This document shows, one piece after another, positions 43,013-52,189 of a DNA stretch of 64,000 bases. This DNA is from Desulfovibrio sp. Its GTDB lineage: Bacteria; Desulfobacterota; Desulfovibrionia; Desulfovibrionales; Desulfovibrionaceae. How positions within the stretch are numbered: position 1 is the stretch's first letter; every line of letters starts with the position of its first letter. The translations under genes were made by a program, and so were the position numbers. The notes beneath the pieces were generated by a model, which was not told the origin of the DNA, did no database searches, and saw only the letters and a program-made list of their open reading frames with translations. The stretch spans positions 74,701-138,700 of the forward strand of contig JAQYWK010000004.1 of NCBI GenBank assembly GCA_030145055.1, read 5' to 3'.

Positions 43013-45436
43013 TTACTTACCTATACTAGACTGTTCTAGTTTACGCTGTCCATAAACGGCTTGTCCTAGCGAGATGCAGCCATCATTTGGCGGTAGGAAT
43101 CTGTGTACCAGCGGTTTCAATCCGCGTTTCTGTAGTTCCAGCGGTAACTCAACTGCCAGTGTAAGATTCTGCATTACACCGCCACTAAGGCCGACTGTGG
43201 TTATACCCGTTTCCTCCGAGATCATTTCTGCGCAATCTGCAAGGCCCGAGATTAAACCCGCATGAAATTTACGACTGATAGTGCCTGCTGAAACTCCGGC
43301 TACATGATCATTAAATGCCTGTTTGAAAAGTTCACCTGTACAAATTTCTACTATTTCATTGATCTGTTCACCACTCGGGTCCGCAGGAGATTTTTTGATG
43401 GGACAGCCATATTTGCCTTGTTCCTCAAAATTCTGAACTTTCTCCAGAATTATTGAGGCCTGCCCTTCGTAAGTTATTGTAGAGCAAAGGCCCAGCATTG
43501 CCGAAACTGCGTCAAAGAGTCTGCCGCAACTGCTCGTGGCAGGGCTGTTTATGTTTTTATCAAGCATCTGGTTAAGCATGCTTGCGCCAGCTTTAAGGTT
43601 CTCTGGTAACAGCAGTTGATCGGTATCAAGTCCTAAGTCTCGCGCCGCACCCCATGCTATTCTCCACGGTTCACGTACAGCGGCTTCGCCGCCGGGGAGT
43701 CGCAGATGAGTGAACCTAGCTAACCGTTTATGCGTGAGCTTTTCATTATCAACGAGCAAACATTCACCGCCCCATATTGTGCGGTCTTCGCCAAGCCCTG
43801 TGCCATCTAAGGCGAGTCCTAAAGCTGGTCCAGAATGTTTATTCTCGGCGAGTACTGCGTAGATATGAGCGTAGTGATGCTGCAGTGCTGTCGTGGGGAT
43901 ATTTTCAGCCAGTCCTATTTCGGAAGCTAGTTCGGTGCTAAGATAATCGGGATGTAAATCGTGGACGATTAGCTCAGGCTTGACCTGTAAAATGTTTTGT
44001 AGATGACCACGTATTTCTTTCCAGAAGTCTACTGTTTCCATAGTCTGCATGTCGCCGATATGCTGACTTGAAAAAGCTTGATCACCTTTGGTAATGCAAA
44101 GTGTGTTTTTTAGTTCCGGCCCAGTTCCGAGCACGCAGGGGCCTTCATTCTCCAGAAAAACGGGGGATGGAGTATATCCTCTAGCTCTTCGCATAAACAA
44201 CGTTCTAAAACCCGTTCCAGCAGATGGTGCGTCAAGTTTATCTGCCCCGGTCTCGTCAAACTCAGGGACGGATCTCGTCACAGAATCATCGACCCGTATA
44301 AGGATGTCGCGATTATGAAATAGGAAGATATCAGCGACGTCTGCTAGACATTTAAAAGCTTCGCGATTGCCGATACATATTGGTACAGAACTCATGTTTC
44401 CTGATGTCATAACTAAGGCCGCAGGTGAACTTTTTAGCTTGGCGAAATGTTTTATTATGACTTGGTGTAGGGGCGTATAAGGAACCATTAGCCCTATGAA
44501 ACTTGTGTCGGGCGCGATGTCTGGCGCCAGTGAATATTCTTTACTTTTGGGAGCGAGTACGATTGGGCGCTGTAACCCCTCCAATAGTTCGTGGTCGTTT
44601 GGTGATAGGTCCGCAATTTTGCCAGCCTCCTCAATATCATGAACCATTACCGCCAGCGGTTTGTCCGGCCTGTTCTTGCGTTCGCGGAGAGTCTTTACCG
44701 CAGCAGAATTCGATGCATCGCAGACTAGGTGGAACCCCCCGAGTCCTTTTACCGCAGCAATTTTTCCTTCGGCCAAAAGCAGTGCAAGTTTGTGAAGAGC
44801 ATTAAGATCACTGGGGATTTTTGTTCCCTCATTGTCGGTGAGCCATACTTCTGGGCCGCATTCAGCACATGCGTTAGGTTGCGCATGAAACCTGCGGTCG
44901 AGCGGGTTTGTATATTCTTCGCTACAATCGTCACATAGCGGGAAGCAGCTCATGGATGTTACAGGGCGATCATAAGGAATAGAGCGGGTGATGGTGTAGC
45001 GTGGCCCGCAATTCGTACAATTTGTAAAAGGGTACTCGTACCTGCGGTTGCTAGGATCGCTCATGTCATCGAAACAATCCAGGCAGGTCGCAACATCCGG
45101 ACTGATGAGCACGCAATGTCCTTCGCCCGCTGTACTGGATAGTATGCAAAATTCAGATTCCCCTTCGAGCAAATCCAGATCTTCCTTTTTCAGCGAAACT
45201 ATTTTTGCCAGTCTCGGCAAATCATTGTCTAGAGCATTATCAAAAGCCGCATGATTTTGCGGACTTCCTTGAATCTCTATTAACACGCCTTCCGGGCTGT
45301 TGCGCACGTTGCCGGATAACTCACATTTGAGAGCTGTTTTATAAATAAATGGCCTGAATCCTACACCTTGAACTTGACCTGTGACTGTAAGGATTCTGCG
45401 GAAAAATGTACTGTCGTCCATATGTGAATTTCTCAT
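43013..45436 (-). CDS. hypF: [NiFe]-hydrogenase maturation carbamoyltransferase HypF
   Basis: N-terminal acylphosphatase (VTGQVQGVGFRPF), two CxxC-x18-CxxC zinc fingers (CLDC..CTNCGPRYT; CDDC..CAECGP), YrdC-like and Kae1-like domains. About 800 aa. Confidence 0.9.
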   Translation of the reverse strand: MRNSHMDDSTFFRRILTVTGQVQGVGFRPFIYKTALKCELSGNVRNSPEGVLIEIQGSPQNHAAFDNALDNDLPRLAKIVSLKKEDLDLLEGESEFCILSSTAGEGHCVLISPDVATCLDCFDDMSDPSNRRYEYPFTNCTNCGPRYTITRSIPYDRPVTSMSCFPLCDDCSEEYTNPLDRRFHAQPNACAECGPEVWLTDNEGTKIPSDLNALHKLALLLAEGKIAAVKGLGGFHLVCDASNSAAVKTLRERKNRPDKPLAVMVHDIEEAGKIADLSPNDHELLEGLQRPIVLAPKSKEYSLAPDIAPDTSFIGLMVPYTPLHQVIIKHFAKLKSSPAALVMTSGNMSSVPICIGNREAFKCLADVADIFLFHNRDILIRVDDSVTRSVPEFDETGADKLDAPSAGTGFRTLFMRRARGYTPSPVFLENEGPCVLGTGPELKNTLCITKGDQAFSSQHIGDMQTMETVDFWKEIRGHLQNILQVKPELIVHDLHPDYLSTELASEIGLAENIPTTALQHHYAHIYAVLAENKHSGPALGLALDGTGLGEDRTIWGGECLLVDNEKLTHKRLARFTHLRLPGGEAAVREPWRIAWGAARDLGLDTDQLLLPENLKAGASMLNQMLDKNINSPATSSCGRLFDAVSAMLGLCSTITYEGQASIILEKVQNFEEQGKYGCPIKKSPADPSGEQINEIVEICTGELFKQAFNDHVAGVSAGTISRKFHAGLISGLADCAEMISEETGITTVGLSGGVMQNLTLAVELPLELQKRGLKPLVHRFLPPNDGCISLGQAVYGQRKLEQSSIGK

Positions 45437-45476
45437 TAAGTGTGCGGTTTATGAAAATAGAATGCTTGCGCTAATA

Positions 45477-46412
45477 TTATTTAATTCTGCTCAAAATGGA
45501 CTTAAGTCTTCCCTTAACTAAGCGGATAGCTTTGAACTCCATGGGGCTGAGTACGGAAGGCAGCTTGAAATCTGTTGTATCAAAATCATCAGGTGGTTCG
45601 ATGACATATTTAATCTGATCAGGGTCGTATCCACAAATTTTTTGATTAGCGGTCTCTTTCCAGAGTTTCACTTTTTTCGGGCTAAGGCCGAGTAACATAT
45701 AAATAGCAGTATCCAGAGCATATGGATTTGGTGATCCGGCAAGCAAACTCATCGGAAATGGTTTGCCATCAAAAGGACCCGATTCATGCATGGGATAAAT
45801 AGCATCCATCAGGTTAAATGCTATCGGCATTGCCGCCGCAACCTCGAGGATCATTTTTTCCATAAGACCTTCGGTTTCACCAAATCTGGTGTGGGCGAAA
45901 GCTTTTCTAAATCCGACGACCGTTCCAAATATATTTTTGACCGCCCCAGTTACTAAAAACTGACTGTGAGCTTTCAGCTTGGGAACATTAATGATCATGT
46001 CCGTTTCAAGTGCGTCGCGGGAAATTCCGATGGTTGCGCCGAATGAAAGTTCAAGAGGGACCGGACGTCCTAGAGTCTTAGTCTTAAGGCCGAGTTTGGC
46101 AAGTCCCGTTGTCATTCCTATTGTTTTGGCTATTTGCGCCGCTGTTCCATATGCAGGAGAATCGCCCACGGTAACAATCGCTCCGCAATCAAGTAAATAA
46201 CGGCAAAGAGAAATAGTCACATTCGGATGAGTGCATGCAAGATTACTCCGTCCTGAAACAAGATTAGGCTTAACCAGAACCTTAGTTCCCGGAGCTATTT
46301 TACAGCCCGTTTCTTCCAGAATCATCTCAACTGCTGTATCTAAGAATGTGGATTCATATTCTAGGATGCGGAAGTATGCGACAGGTTCTGTACTTTGGTT
46401 TATTGTGCTCAT
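45477..46412 (-). CDS. DUF362-domain protein
   Basis: KVLVKPNLVS...GDSP... pattern and a size of about 310 aa match DUF362. No function is assignable. Confidence 0.6.
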   Translation of the reverse strand: MSTINQSTEPVAYFRILEYESTFLDTAVEMILEETGCKIAPGTKVLVKPNLVSGRSNLACTHPNVTISLCRYLLDCGAIVTVGDSPAYGTAAQIAKTIGMTTGLAKLGLKTKTLGRPVPLELSFGATIGISRDALETDMIINVPKLKAHSQFLVTGAVKNIFGTVVGFRKAFAHTRFGETEGLMEKMILEVAAAMPIAFNLMDAIYPMHESGPFDGKPFPMSLLAGSPNPYALDTAIYMLLGLSPKKVKLWKETANQKICGYDPDQIKYVIEPPDDFDTTDFKLPSVLSPMEFKAIRLVKGRLKSILSRIK

Positions 46413-46435
46413 CTAATGTTTTTATGCCTAGTCAT

Positions 46436-47593
46436 TTAGTCCTTCACTTTACCCTTTTTCGGTGCGGGGGGCTTGTCTACTGCTGCAGGCTTGGCTGGTT
46501 TTGCCACCTTAGGCGTTGCTTGCTTTGGCTTCGAAGGGGCAGATTTCCCGGCGGTCTTTTTATTGCCTGCTGGAGGTATTACTTTCTCGGATGGCTTTTG
46601 TGAAGCCTTAGATTGTGCTTTTTTAGGGGACACAGGTTTTTCTATAGCCTTGGCGGGTTTGCTCTCAGTCGTAGTTCCTGCTGTTTTCTTATTTGCGGAT
46701 TTTGCTTCTGGGTTTTTCGGGGTAGCAGTTGTAGGTGGCTTGTTTTTTTTCGCTTTTTCCTTAGCGGGACCCTCTTTTCCTTTTTTTACGTCAGCTGTCG
46801 CCGTAGCCGCTTTTTTGGCTAGAGCTTCAGCTTTCTTTTTGCGTGCTTTTTGTTTTTTGATAAAAGCGGCCTTATTCTCTATTTTTGCTGCTCCACTCAT
46901 TTTTTTAAGGAAAGATATATCAGTAACCGTTCTGAAAAAAAGTAAATTTGCAAGGTCCCAAAGCAATGTAAGCATCAAAAGAGCAAAGGTTCCAATTGAT
47001 AGGTATGTGAATCCTGAATTGATATGGATTGGGGGAGCACTTCGTAAATTGTACGCGGGAACAAGCTCTTCAAATCTAATTTTATTTATCAACTTTTCCT
47101 GAGCAGTCATTCGTTTTGATTTCATGGAGATAGCTAGTTTTTTGAGAATGCGGTCTACAACAAACATGGACTGGGTAGATGACATACCGTATTTATTTTC
47201 AATCTTTTTGTTTCCATTTAAATAAAGCTGGTGCACATCATCCATCAAATATTTAAGAGTATACCCTAAGTCTCCTTGTATTTTAAGTGTTCGCCCCTTG
47301 GGTGTTACCATGAGTTTATTGCGAAGCAGTATGCGCGTGGCTGCCTCAGTCATTCTGCGATTGCTGAAGGTCAAGTTTGCTGAAAAACTTTTGCCGAGGT
47401 TTGCTCTGTTAGCTACATTCAATTCATCGAAGGGCGGAGTTATCCCTTTCCGTAGAGAGTTGAAAGTGTTCTCCATAATCTCAAAGGAGTTTTTGCCATC
47501 TTCGAGCGGTAAGTACATTGTGCCTAATGCGCCAATGCTGAGAAACAATAGCAATAGTGACGCGAAGAGCGTTTTGATGGAATATTTCATCAT
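46436..47593 (-). CDS. Membrane protein with a roughly 150-aa Lys/Ala/Pro/Thr-rich (histone-H1/AlgP-like) C-terminal tail
   Basis: N-terminal signal or TM segment, a second TM (FTYLSIGTFALLMLTLLWDLANLLFF), then the tail KKQKARKKKAEALAKKAA...KPKQATPKVAKPAKPAAVDKPPAPKKGKVKD. The start overlaps the upstream stop by 4 nt. Confidence 0.6.
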   Translation of the reverse strand: MMKYSIKTLFASLLLLFLSIGALGTMYLPLEDGKNSFEIMENTFNSLRKGITPPFDELNVANRANLGKSFSANLTFSNRRMTEAATRILLRNKLMVTPKGRTLKIQGDLGYTLKYLMDDVHQLYLNGNKKIENKYGMSSTQSMFVVDRILKKLAISMKSKRMTAQEKLINKIRFEELVPAYNLRSAPPIHINSGFTYLSIGTFALLMLTLLWDLANLLFFRTVTDISFLKKMSGAAKIENKAAFIKKQKARKKKAEALAKKAATATADVKKGKEGPAKEKAKKNKPPTTATPKNPEAKSANKKTAGTTTESKPAKAIEKPVSPKKAQSKASQKPSEKVIPPAGNKKTAGKSAPSKPKQATPKVAKPAKPAAVDKPPAPKKGKVKD

Positions 47594-49023
47594 TTAGTCT
47601 CCTCGTCTAATATTGGCTTCGTGTCCCTAATGATATCGCGCACTAGCGCATAAAAAAGCCAGCCGCAGAAAATTACCATCCCTATGATCATTATATATAG
47701 AGCACTTTGGTCGAGCGTTGTAGAAAGTCCATATGAGATGTCAGCTCCGGCCTTTTTAAGTTGTCCCGGCAGGGCTAGCAGTCTATTGATGATAACGGAA
47801 ATTACAACAAGCGAAACAAGCCCCTTTAGCCTGTACGGTTCTATATATCTTATGGCTTTTCCACCTAAGTGAATGCCTGTCATCGTACCAGCGATCAGGC
47901 CTGTTATGCAGTAAATGTTAATAAATCCATTTAGGCCGAAGGCCCCCATGGTCAGCGCTCCTGAGGATAAAGCCAGCCTGACCAGGTCCGTACCTGCAAC
48001 AATTGCCGCTACGCATCCGAATCCTTTGGTCAGCACTGTAAAACTCAAAACTATTCCGGCTGAGCCTGTAAGCGCCATAAAAAAGCCACCTACTGTCGCA
48101 AGTAGGAGAGCCGGAAGTACAGGTATGCGTGCGTAAGGCTGAGCTTCAGATAAATCTGCAATCTTTGCCGCTTCTTCCATATCATCCGGGTTAGTATCCG
48201 CTAGCTCTTCATCTGCTCCTAAAACCTTATCTTTTACTGTTGTGGGAAAATTAATGTACGGAGGTAGTTTCATTGTTCTGATAGTTCTAGCTATCTCCCA
48301 TGGCTCTTCGTCTGGAAATGAAATCAGGGCTGAATCTTTAGCGGACGTTTTTCCCGTTTGAGGTGTATCTGCATTTCCTTTTTGTGGTGGAGCTTCTTCA
48401 GCGTTTTGTGAGGATCCTGTCTGTATTGCTGCTTCCTTTTCTTTTTCGGCATTTTCTTTGCGCAACAGTTCCAGTGCATATTTGTGAGAGGCTTCCTTAA
48501 AATCGGGGATAATGATGAATGAATAAATAATTAGCCAAAAAATGATCATTGCTGATATGAAAACGTCGGCTCCGGCGGGATCTGCTAAAAATATTGATGA
48601 GGAAAGTGAGAATCCTGCAAATCCACCTGCAGCTGTTCCGCCCGTCATGATTAAGGCCATTTTGTAATTGATTCGTTTATTAAGCCCCATTCTGACTGCT
48701 TCGATTGCGCTGAAAAGAAAGAGTCTGAAAATTTCTGATCCAACTGCATAAATGCCCGATATCCCCGCAGACATAAGGGCCGGTACAACAATTAATCCCC
48801 CTCCCGCGCCAATGGTAGCGCTTAGCATTCCCGCCACAAGCCCGATCGCCGCAGATAGTAAAAAACCGGGGCCGGGGCCGTCGGGCAAAATGTATGGATT
48901 ATTTGTGTTTCCGATATACTGAGGGGGTATGATTGTATCAGCGCATATTCCTGCTGCCGGAATTAGTATGGCAGCTATAACGATAAGAAAAAAGAGTAGG
49001 CGCCTGTCAGAAAGATAATTCAT
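47590..49023 (-). CDS. TauE/SafE (TSUP)-family membrane protein with a large hydrophilic central insert
   Basis: GAGGGLIVVPALM motif and two 4-TM halves separated by about 125 hydrophilic residues. Confidence 0.65.
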   Translation of the reverse strand: MNYLSDRRLLFFLIVIAAILIPAAGICADTIIPPQYIGNTNNPYILPDGPGPGFLLSAAIGLVAGMLSATIGAGGGLIVVPALMSAGISGIYAVGSEIFRLFLFSAIEAVRMGLNKRINYKMALIMTGGTAAGGFAGFSLSSSIFLADPAGADVFISAMIIFWLIIYSFIIIPDFKEASHKYALELLRKENAEKEKEAAIQTGSSQNAEEAPPQKGNADTPQTGKTSAKDSALISFPDEEPWEIARTIRTMKLPPYINFPTTVKDKVLGADEELADTNPDDMEEAAKIADLSEAQPYARIPVLPALLLATVGGFFMALTGSAGIVLSFTVLTKGFGCVAAIVAGTDLVRLALSSGALTMGAFGLNGFINIYCITGLIAGTMTGIHLGGKAIRYIEPYRLKGLVSLVVISVIINRLLALPGQLKKAGADISYGLSTTLDQSALYIMIIGMVIFCGWLFYALVRDIIRDTKPILDEETK

Positions 49024-49211
49024 AAGATTCCTGCCTGAGCTGTTGGATATTTTGGCTAACTATAAGAATAAAAGAACTTTTTATCAACTCAATATAATTT
49101 TACCGTAGATATAGCTAAAAACTTGCACCGTCTGTGCTTAGATAGTAGTTGAATTGGTCCGAAATATTATAAAAGTCAGATCATTTTTATATTCTATAAA
49201 GTGGAGTCGTC

Positions 49212-50708
49212 ATGAATAATAAGATTGTTTCCATGCAAAATGTTTCCATTGAACTTGAACAAGGGCCAATTCTTCAGAATATTGACTGGGATATTAAGCG
49301 TGGCGAACATTGGGCTGTGCTTGGCGGTAATGGGGCAGGCAAAACAACCCTGTTCAGAGTTCTTGCCGGAGCAGTCTGGCCTGATGACGATAAATCTCGT
49401 GAGTTTTATTTTGACGGAATAAAAACTAACAGCCCCATCGGAGCTCAGGAACGAGTTTATATTGTTTCGCCTGAACAGCAGGATGTTTTTCTCAAAATGG
49501 GCTGGATTGTGAGTGGGGAGGAAGCTGTTCTTGCTGGAAAAGACAATACTCCTTTCCTTTATAGATTAGCGGACGAATCTGAGTACGTTGAAGCACGTGA
49601 GCTTATGGCTTCGCTCGGTATGGAAAATCTTGCTAAACGCAGCATTGTTGCCATGTCTCGCGGGGAAGGGCGCAAGATACTAATTGCACGGGCTCTTATT
49701 GCACGCGCCGAAATTATCATTCTTGATGAGTTTTTAGAGGGAATAGATCAGCAGTCACGTGCACAGCTTATGGAGGCCGTCGATGCCGCCGCCGCTAGAG
49801 GTGTGACGATTGTTTGCTCCGCTCATAGAGATGAAGAGCTGCCCTCGTGTATAAATAGAACTTTGTACCTTGCAGATGGCAAAATAGACCACTGTGAGAA
49901 TGGAAGGGGCGAAGGTGTCGCCTGCTTTATTGATCCCGCACAGAAGCGTACGCCTCCTGCAGTTAATAGAATTGAAGCGGGTAAAATTTTATTCAAGCTT
50001 TGTGATTCCAGTGTAGTTTTCCTCGGGAATACTGTTTTGCATAATGTGGATTGGGAAATGAGTGGTGGGCAGAATTGGGCTGTTCTTGGTAATAATGGTG
50101 CTGGTAAATCCACGCTTCTGAGGCTTTTGTATGGAGATGCAGCTGCCTATGCTGCCGAGGAGCAAATGGAACGTCTGCCTGAAAAGGGAGATTCTATAAG
50201 GTCTGTCAGAGGGCGCATGGGAATGGTTTCCGCCTCGCTTCAAGCTTCATTCGGGGAGGCCGTTGGTAAGCCCATATTAATTATTGATCTTGTTCTTTCA
50301 GGATTTTTTGCCTCAGTCGGTCTTTTTGACCAGATTACTGATGAGCTCCGTGAAAAAGCATACGAATGGCTAAGGTTTTTTGGGATCGAGGATTTGGCTG
50401 AACGGAACACAATGCAGCTATCATACGGACAGCTGAGAAAAGCGTTCATTGCTCGCGCTTTGGTTTCCGGGCCGGATGTCTTATTGCTTGATGAACCCTT
50501 GGCCGGTGTGGACGCAGCTTCACGCAAGGAAATATTTGACCTTTTGGAATCTTTAGCCGCAGCTGGGGTGGCAATGGTTTATGTCACTCATCATAAAGAA
50601 GAGCTGATCCCATCTATTTCGCATGTTCTTGAGATAACTGATGGACGTGTTTCTTATCGCGGTGAGAAGGAAGAATATTTTGCCAGTCAAGACGCTACGA
50701 TGAAATAG
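49212..50708 (+). CDS. Tandem ABC ATPase (two nucleotide-binding domains, ModF-like) with no adjacent permease
   Basis: Two Walker A motifs (GGNGAGKTT; GNNGAGKST), two signature/Walker B regions (MSRGEGRK..IIILDE; LSYGQLRK..LLLDEP). About 500 aa. Confidence 0.75.
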   Translation: MNNKIVSMQNVSIELEQGPILQNIDWDIKRGEHWAVLGGNGAGKTTLFRVLAGAVWPDDDKSREFYFDGIKTNSPIGAQERVYIVSPEQQDVFLKMGWIVSGEEAVLAGKDNTPFLYRLADESEYVEARELMASLGMENLAKRSIVAMSRGEGRKILIARALIARAEIIILDEFLEGIDQQSRAQLMEAVDAAAARGVTIVCSAHRDEELPSCINRTLYLADGKIDHCENGRGEGVACFIDPAQKRTPPAVNRIEAGKILFKLCDSSVVFLGNTVLHNVDWEMSGGQNWAVLGNNGAGKSTLLRLLYGDAAAYAAEEQMERLPEKGDSIRSVRGRMGMVSASLQASFGEAVGKPILIIDLVLSGFFASVGLFDQITDELREKAYEWLRFFGIEDLAERNTMQLSYGQLRKAFIARALVSGPDVLLLDEPLAGVDAASRKEIFDLLESLAAAGVAMVYVTHHKEELIPSISHVLEITDGRVSYRGEKEEYFASQDATMK

Positions 50709-50775
50709 TCTGATTTGCTTTGCGCAGATCACCTGACTTAATTTGCACAGATACCTTGAATATAGCGAATAAAAA

Positions 50776-50808
50776 AGGGAGGAAGCATTACGCATCCTCC
50801 CTTTTTTA
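50776..50808. terminator. Bidirectional rho-independent terminator
   Basis: AGGGAGGA..TCCTCCCT stem with an A-run before it and TTTTTT after it. Confidence 0.8.
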
Positions 50809-50830
50809 TTTGAAATAAATTATGATGGGT

Positions 50831-51097
50831 TTATTTCTTAATCCAGCCTTTACTTGACATACAATTTTCGAAGGCCCTGCTTTCCGCTGCGTATTCTTTT
50901 TGCTGCTGTTCATAAGTCTTTAGAAAGCGGAGTTCATTTTTCGGGGCGGAATCAGTGTTTTTTGAAGATCTTTTGGTACAGTAGTCACGGTCTTTAGTAT
51001 ATTGGTCGCCTTGATCTATAGATGGATCTAGACTTGGATTTACGTAAGACGTGCAACCTGCAAAAGATAGTAAAATTAGTAGAATCAATGGGCGCAT
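50831..51097 (-). CDS. Small lipoprotein
   Basis: Lipobox LLSFAGC after a hydrophobic leader. 88 aa. Confidence 0.55.
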   Translation of the reverse strand: MRPLILLILLSFAGCTSYVNPSLDPSIDQGDQYTKDRDYCTKRSSKNTDSAPKNELRFLKTYEQQQKEYAAESRAFENCMSSKGWIKK

Positions 51098-51108
51098 AGT
51101 ATTCCTTC

Positions 51109-51900
51109 TTAGGCTGTTACGATAAAGCCTTTGTTTCTTAGATTTTCTTTATTGTACGGAAACTCTTTGCCGTCCAGCCCAAGCATCGTGCCGCCAGCAG
51201 CTTCGACAATAGCCTGTCCTGCACCTGTATCCCATTCCATAGTCGGGTTGAAGCGAGGGTAAGTATGTGCCTTTCCCTCGGCTACCAGACAAAATTTTAT
51301 AGCACTGCCCGCAGGTGTCATTTTAGCGACGTTCATAGTGCTGAGGTATTTTTCTAAATCCGGGGATGGGTGTGATCTGCTTCCTACAACAACCAAACCT
51401 TCGTTCTCGGCAGCGGGCTTAGTAGTAATTTTTTCGGGCATGTTGTTTCCGCGCGTTACATATCCACCTGTTTCAGTACAGCCTGTGTATAAGGTGTCAC
51501 TGGTGGGGGCGTAGACTACTCCTAGCACAGGGCGGCTGTTTCGCATTAAAGCAATGCAAACACAGAATTCTCCGTTGTCTTTGATGAATTCTTTTGTTCC
51601 GTCTAGCGGATCTACCAAGAAGAATTCATCCCATGTCTGCCTTTCTGAAAAAGGGATATCAGCTCCTTCTTCGGACAAAACAGGAATGGAAGGGTATAAT
51701 TTTGTGAGTCCTTTCATAATAACTTCATTAGAGGCTATATCCGCAGCGGTTACGGGGGAATCGTCCTTTTTATTAATGACTTCGAATCCCTTGCTGCGAA
51801 CAGCCATAATAGCTTGGCCTGCATCTTTGGCTATTTGGGAAAGATTTTTTATTATTTCATTCATGAATGAGTCTTTATCAGACCTTTTGGTGGCTGTCAT
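51109..51900 (-). CDS. cysQ: 3'(2'),5'-bisphosphate nucleotidase (CysQ; inositol-monophosphatase fold)
   Basis: LSEE, VDPLDGTKEF, and WDTGAGQAIVEAAGG. Start placed at an internal ATG so that it does not overlap the divergent MoaD-like gene; 51864 is also possible. Confidence 0.75.
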   Translation of the reverse strand: MTATKRSDKDSFMNEIIKNLSQIAKDAGQAIMAVRSKGFEVINKKDDSPVTAADIASNEVIMKGLTKLYPSIPVLSEEGADIPFSERQTWDEFFLVDPLDGTKEFIKDNGEFCVCIALMRNSRPVLGVVYAPTSDTLYTGCTETGGYVTRGNNMPEKITTKPAAENEGLVVVGSRSHPSPDLEKYLSTMNVAKMTPAGSAIKFCLVAEGKAHTYPRFNPTMEWDTGAGQAIVEAAGGTMLGLDGKEFPYNKENLRNKGFIVTA

Positions 51901-51963
51901 CAGCTCTTGCTTCCTGTTCTGTGTTGTTTTGACTTCCGAACTGCGGGATATTAACGTAAAATT

Positions 51964-52188
51964 ATGAAAATTAAACTTATTTGCTTTGGCCATCTGACTG
52001 TTTATCATTCAAATAATGATTGTCTGGAAATACCAGACGGATCCGTTACGAGTGATTTGCCGGTTCTTTTGGGTTTTCCTGCTAAGGATGTCGCAATGTA
52101 TTTTGTCGGAGAGCAGCGTGTTAGTGCTGATCATGAAATCTTAAATGAGGATGTTGTTAAAATATTTCCTCCAATAACTGGCGGTTAG
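51964..52188 (+). CDS. MoaD/ThiS-family sulfur-carrier protein with a C-terminal Gly-Gly
   Basis: 74 aa ending DVVKIFPPITGG. It is followed 1 nt later by a ThiF-family E1 gene. Confidence 0.65.
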   Translation: MKIKLICFGHLTVYHSNNDCLEIPDGSVTSDLPVLLGFPAKDVAMYFVGEQRVSADHEILNEDVVKIFPPITGG

Positions 52189-52189
52189 T

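Noticed and set aside
46473-47102. 209-aa ORF on the plus strand.
   Set aside because: It is a shadow ORF opposite the Lys/Ala/Pro-rich tail of 46436-47593. Its translation is low-complexity Phe/Ala/Gly sequence created by the complementary repeat codons, and it has no RBS.
49024-49211. Possible Moco riboswitch upstream of the ModF-like tandem ABC ATPase.
   Set aside because: The 188-nt spacer is AT-rich. I could see none of the GC-rich conserved helices expected of the Moco RNA motif.
51554-51967. 137-aa ORF on the plus strand.
   Set aside because: It is antisense to cysQ, whose motifs are clear on the minus strand. It has no independent support.
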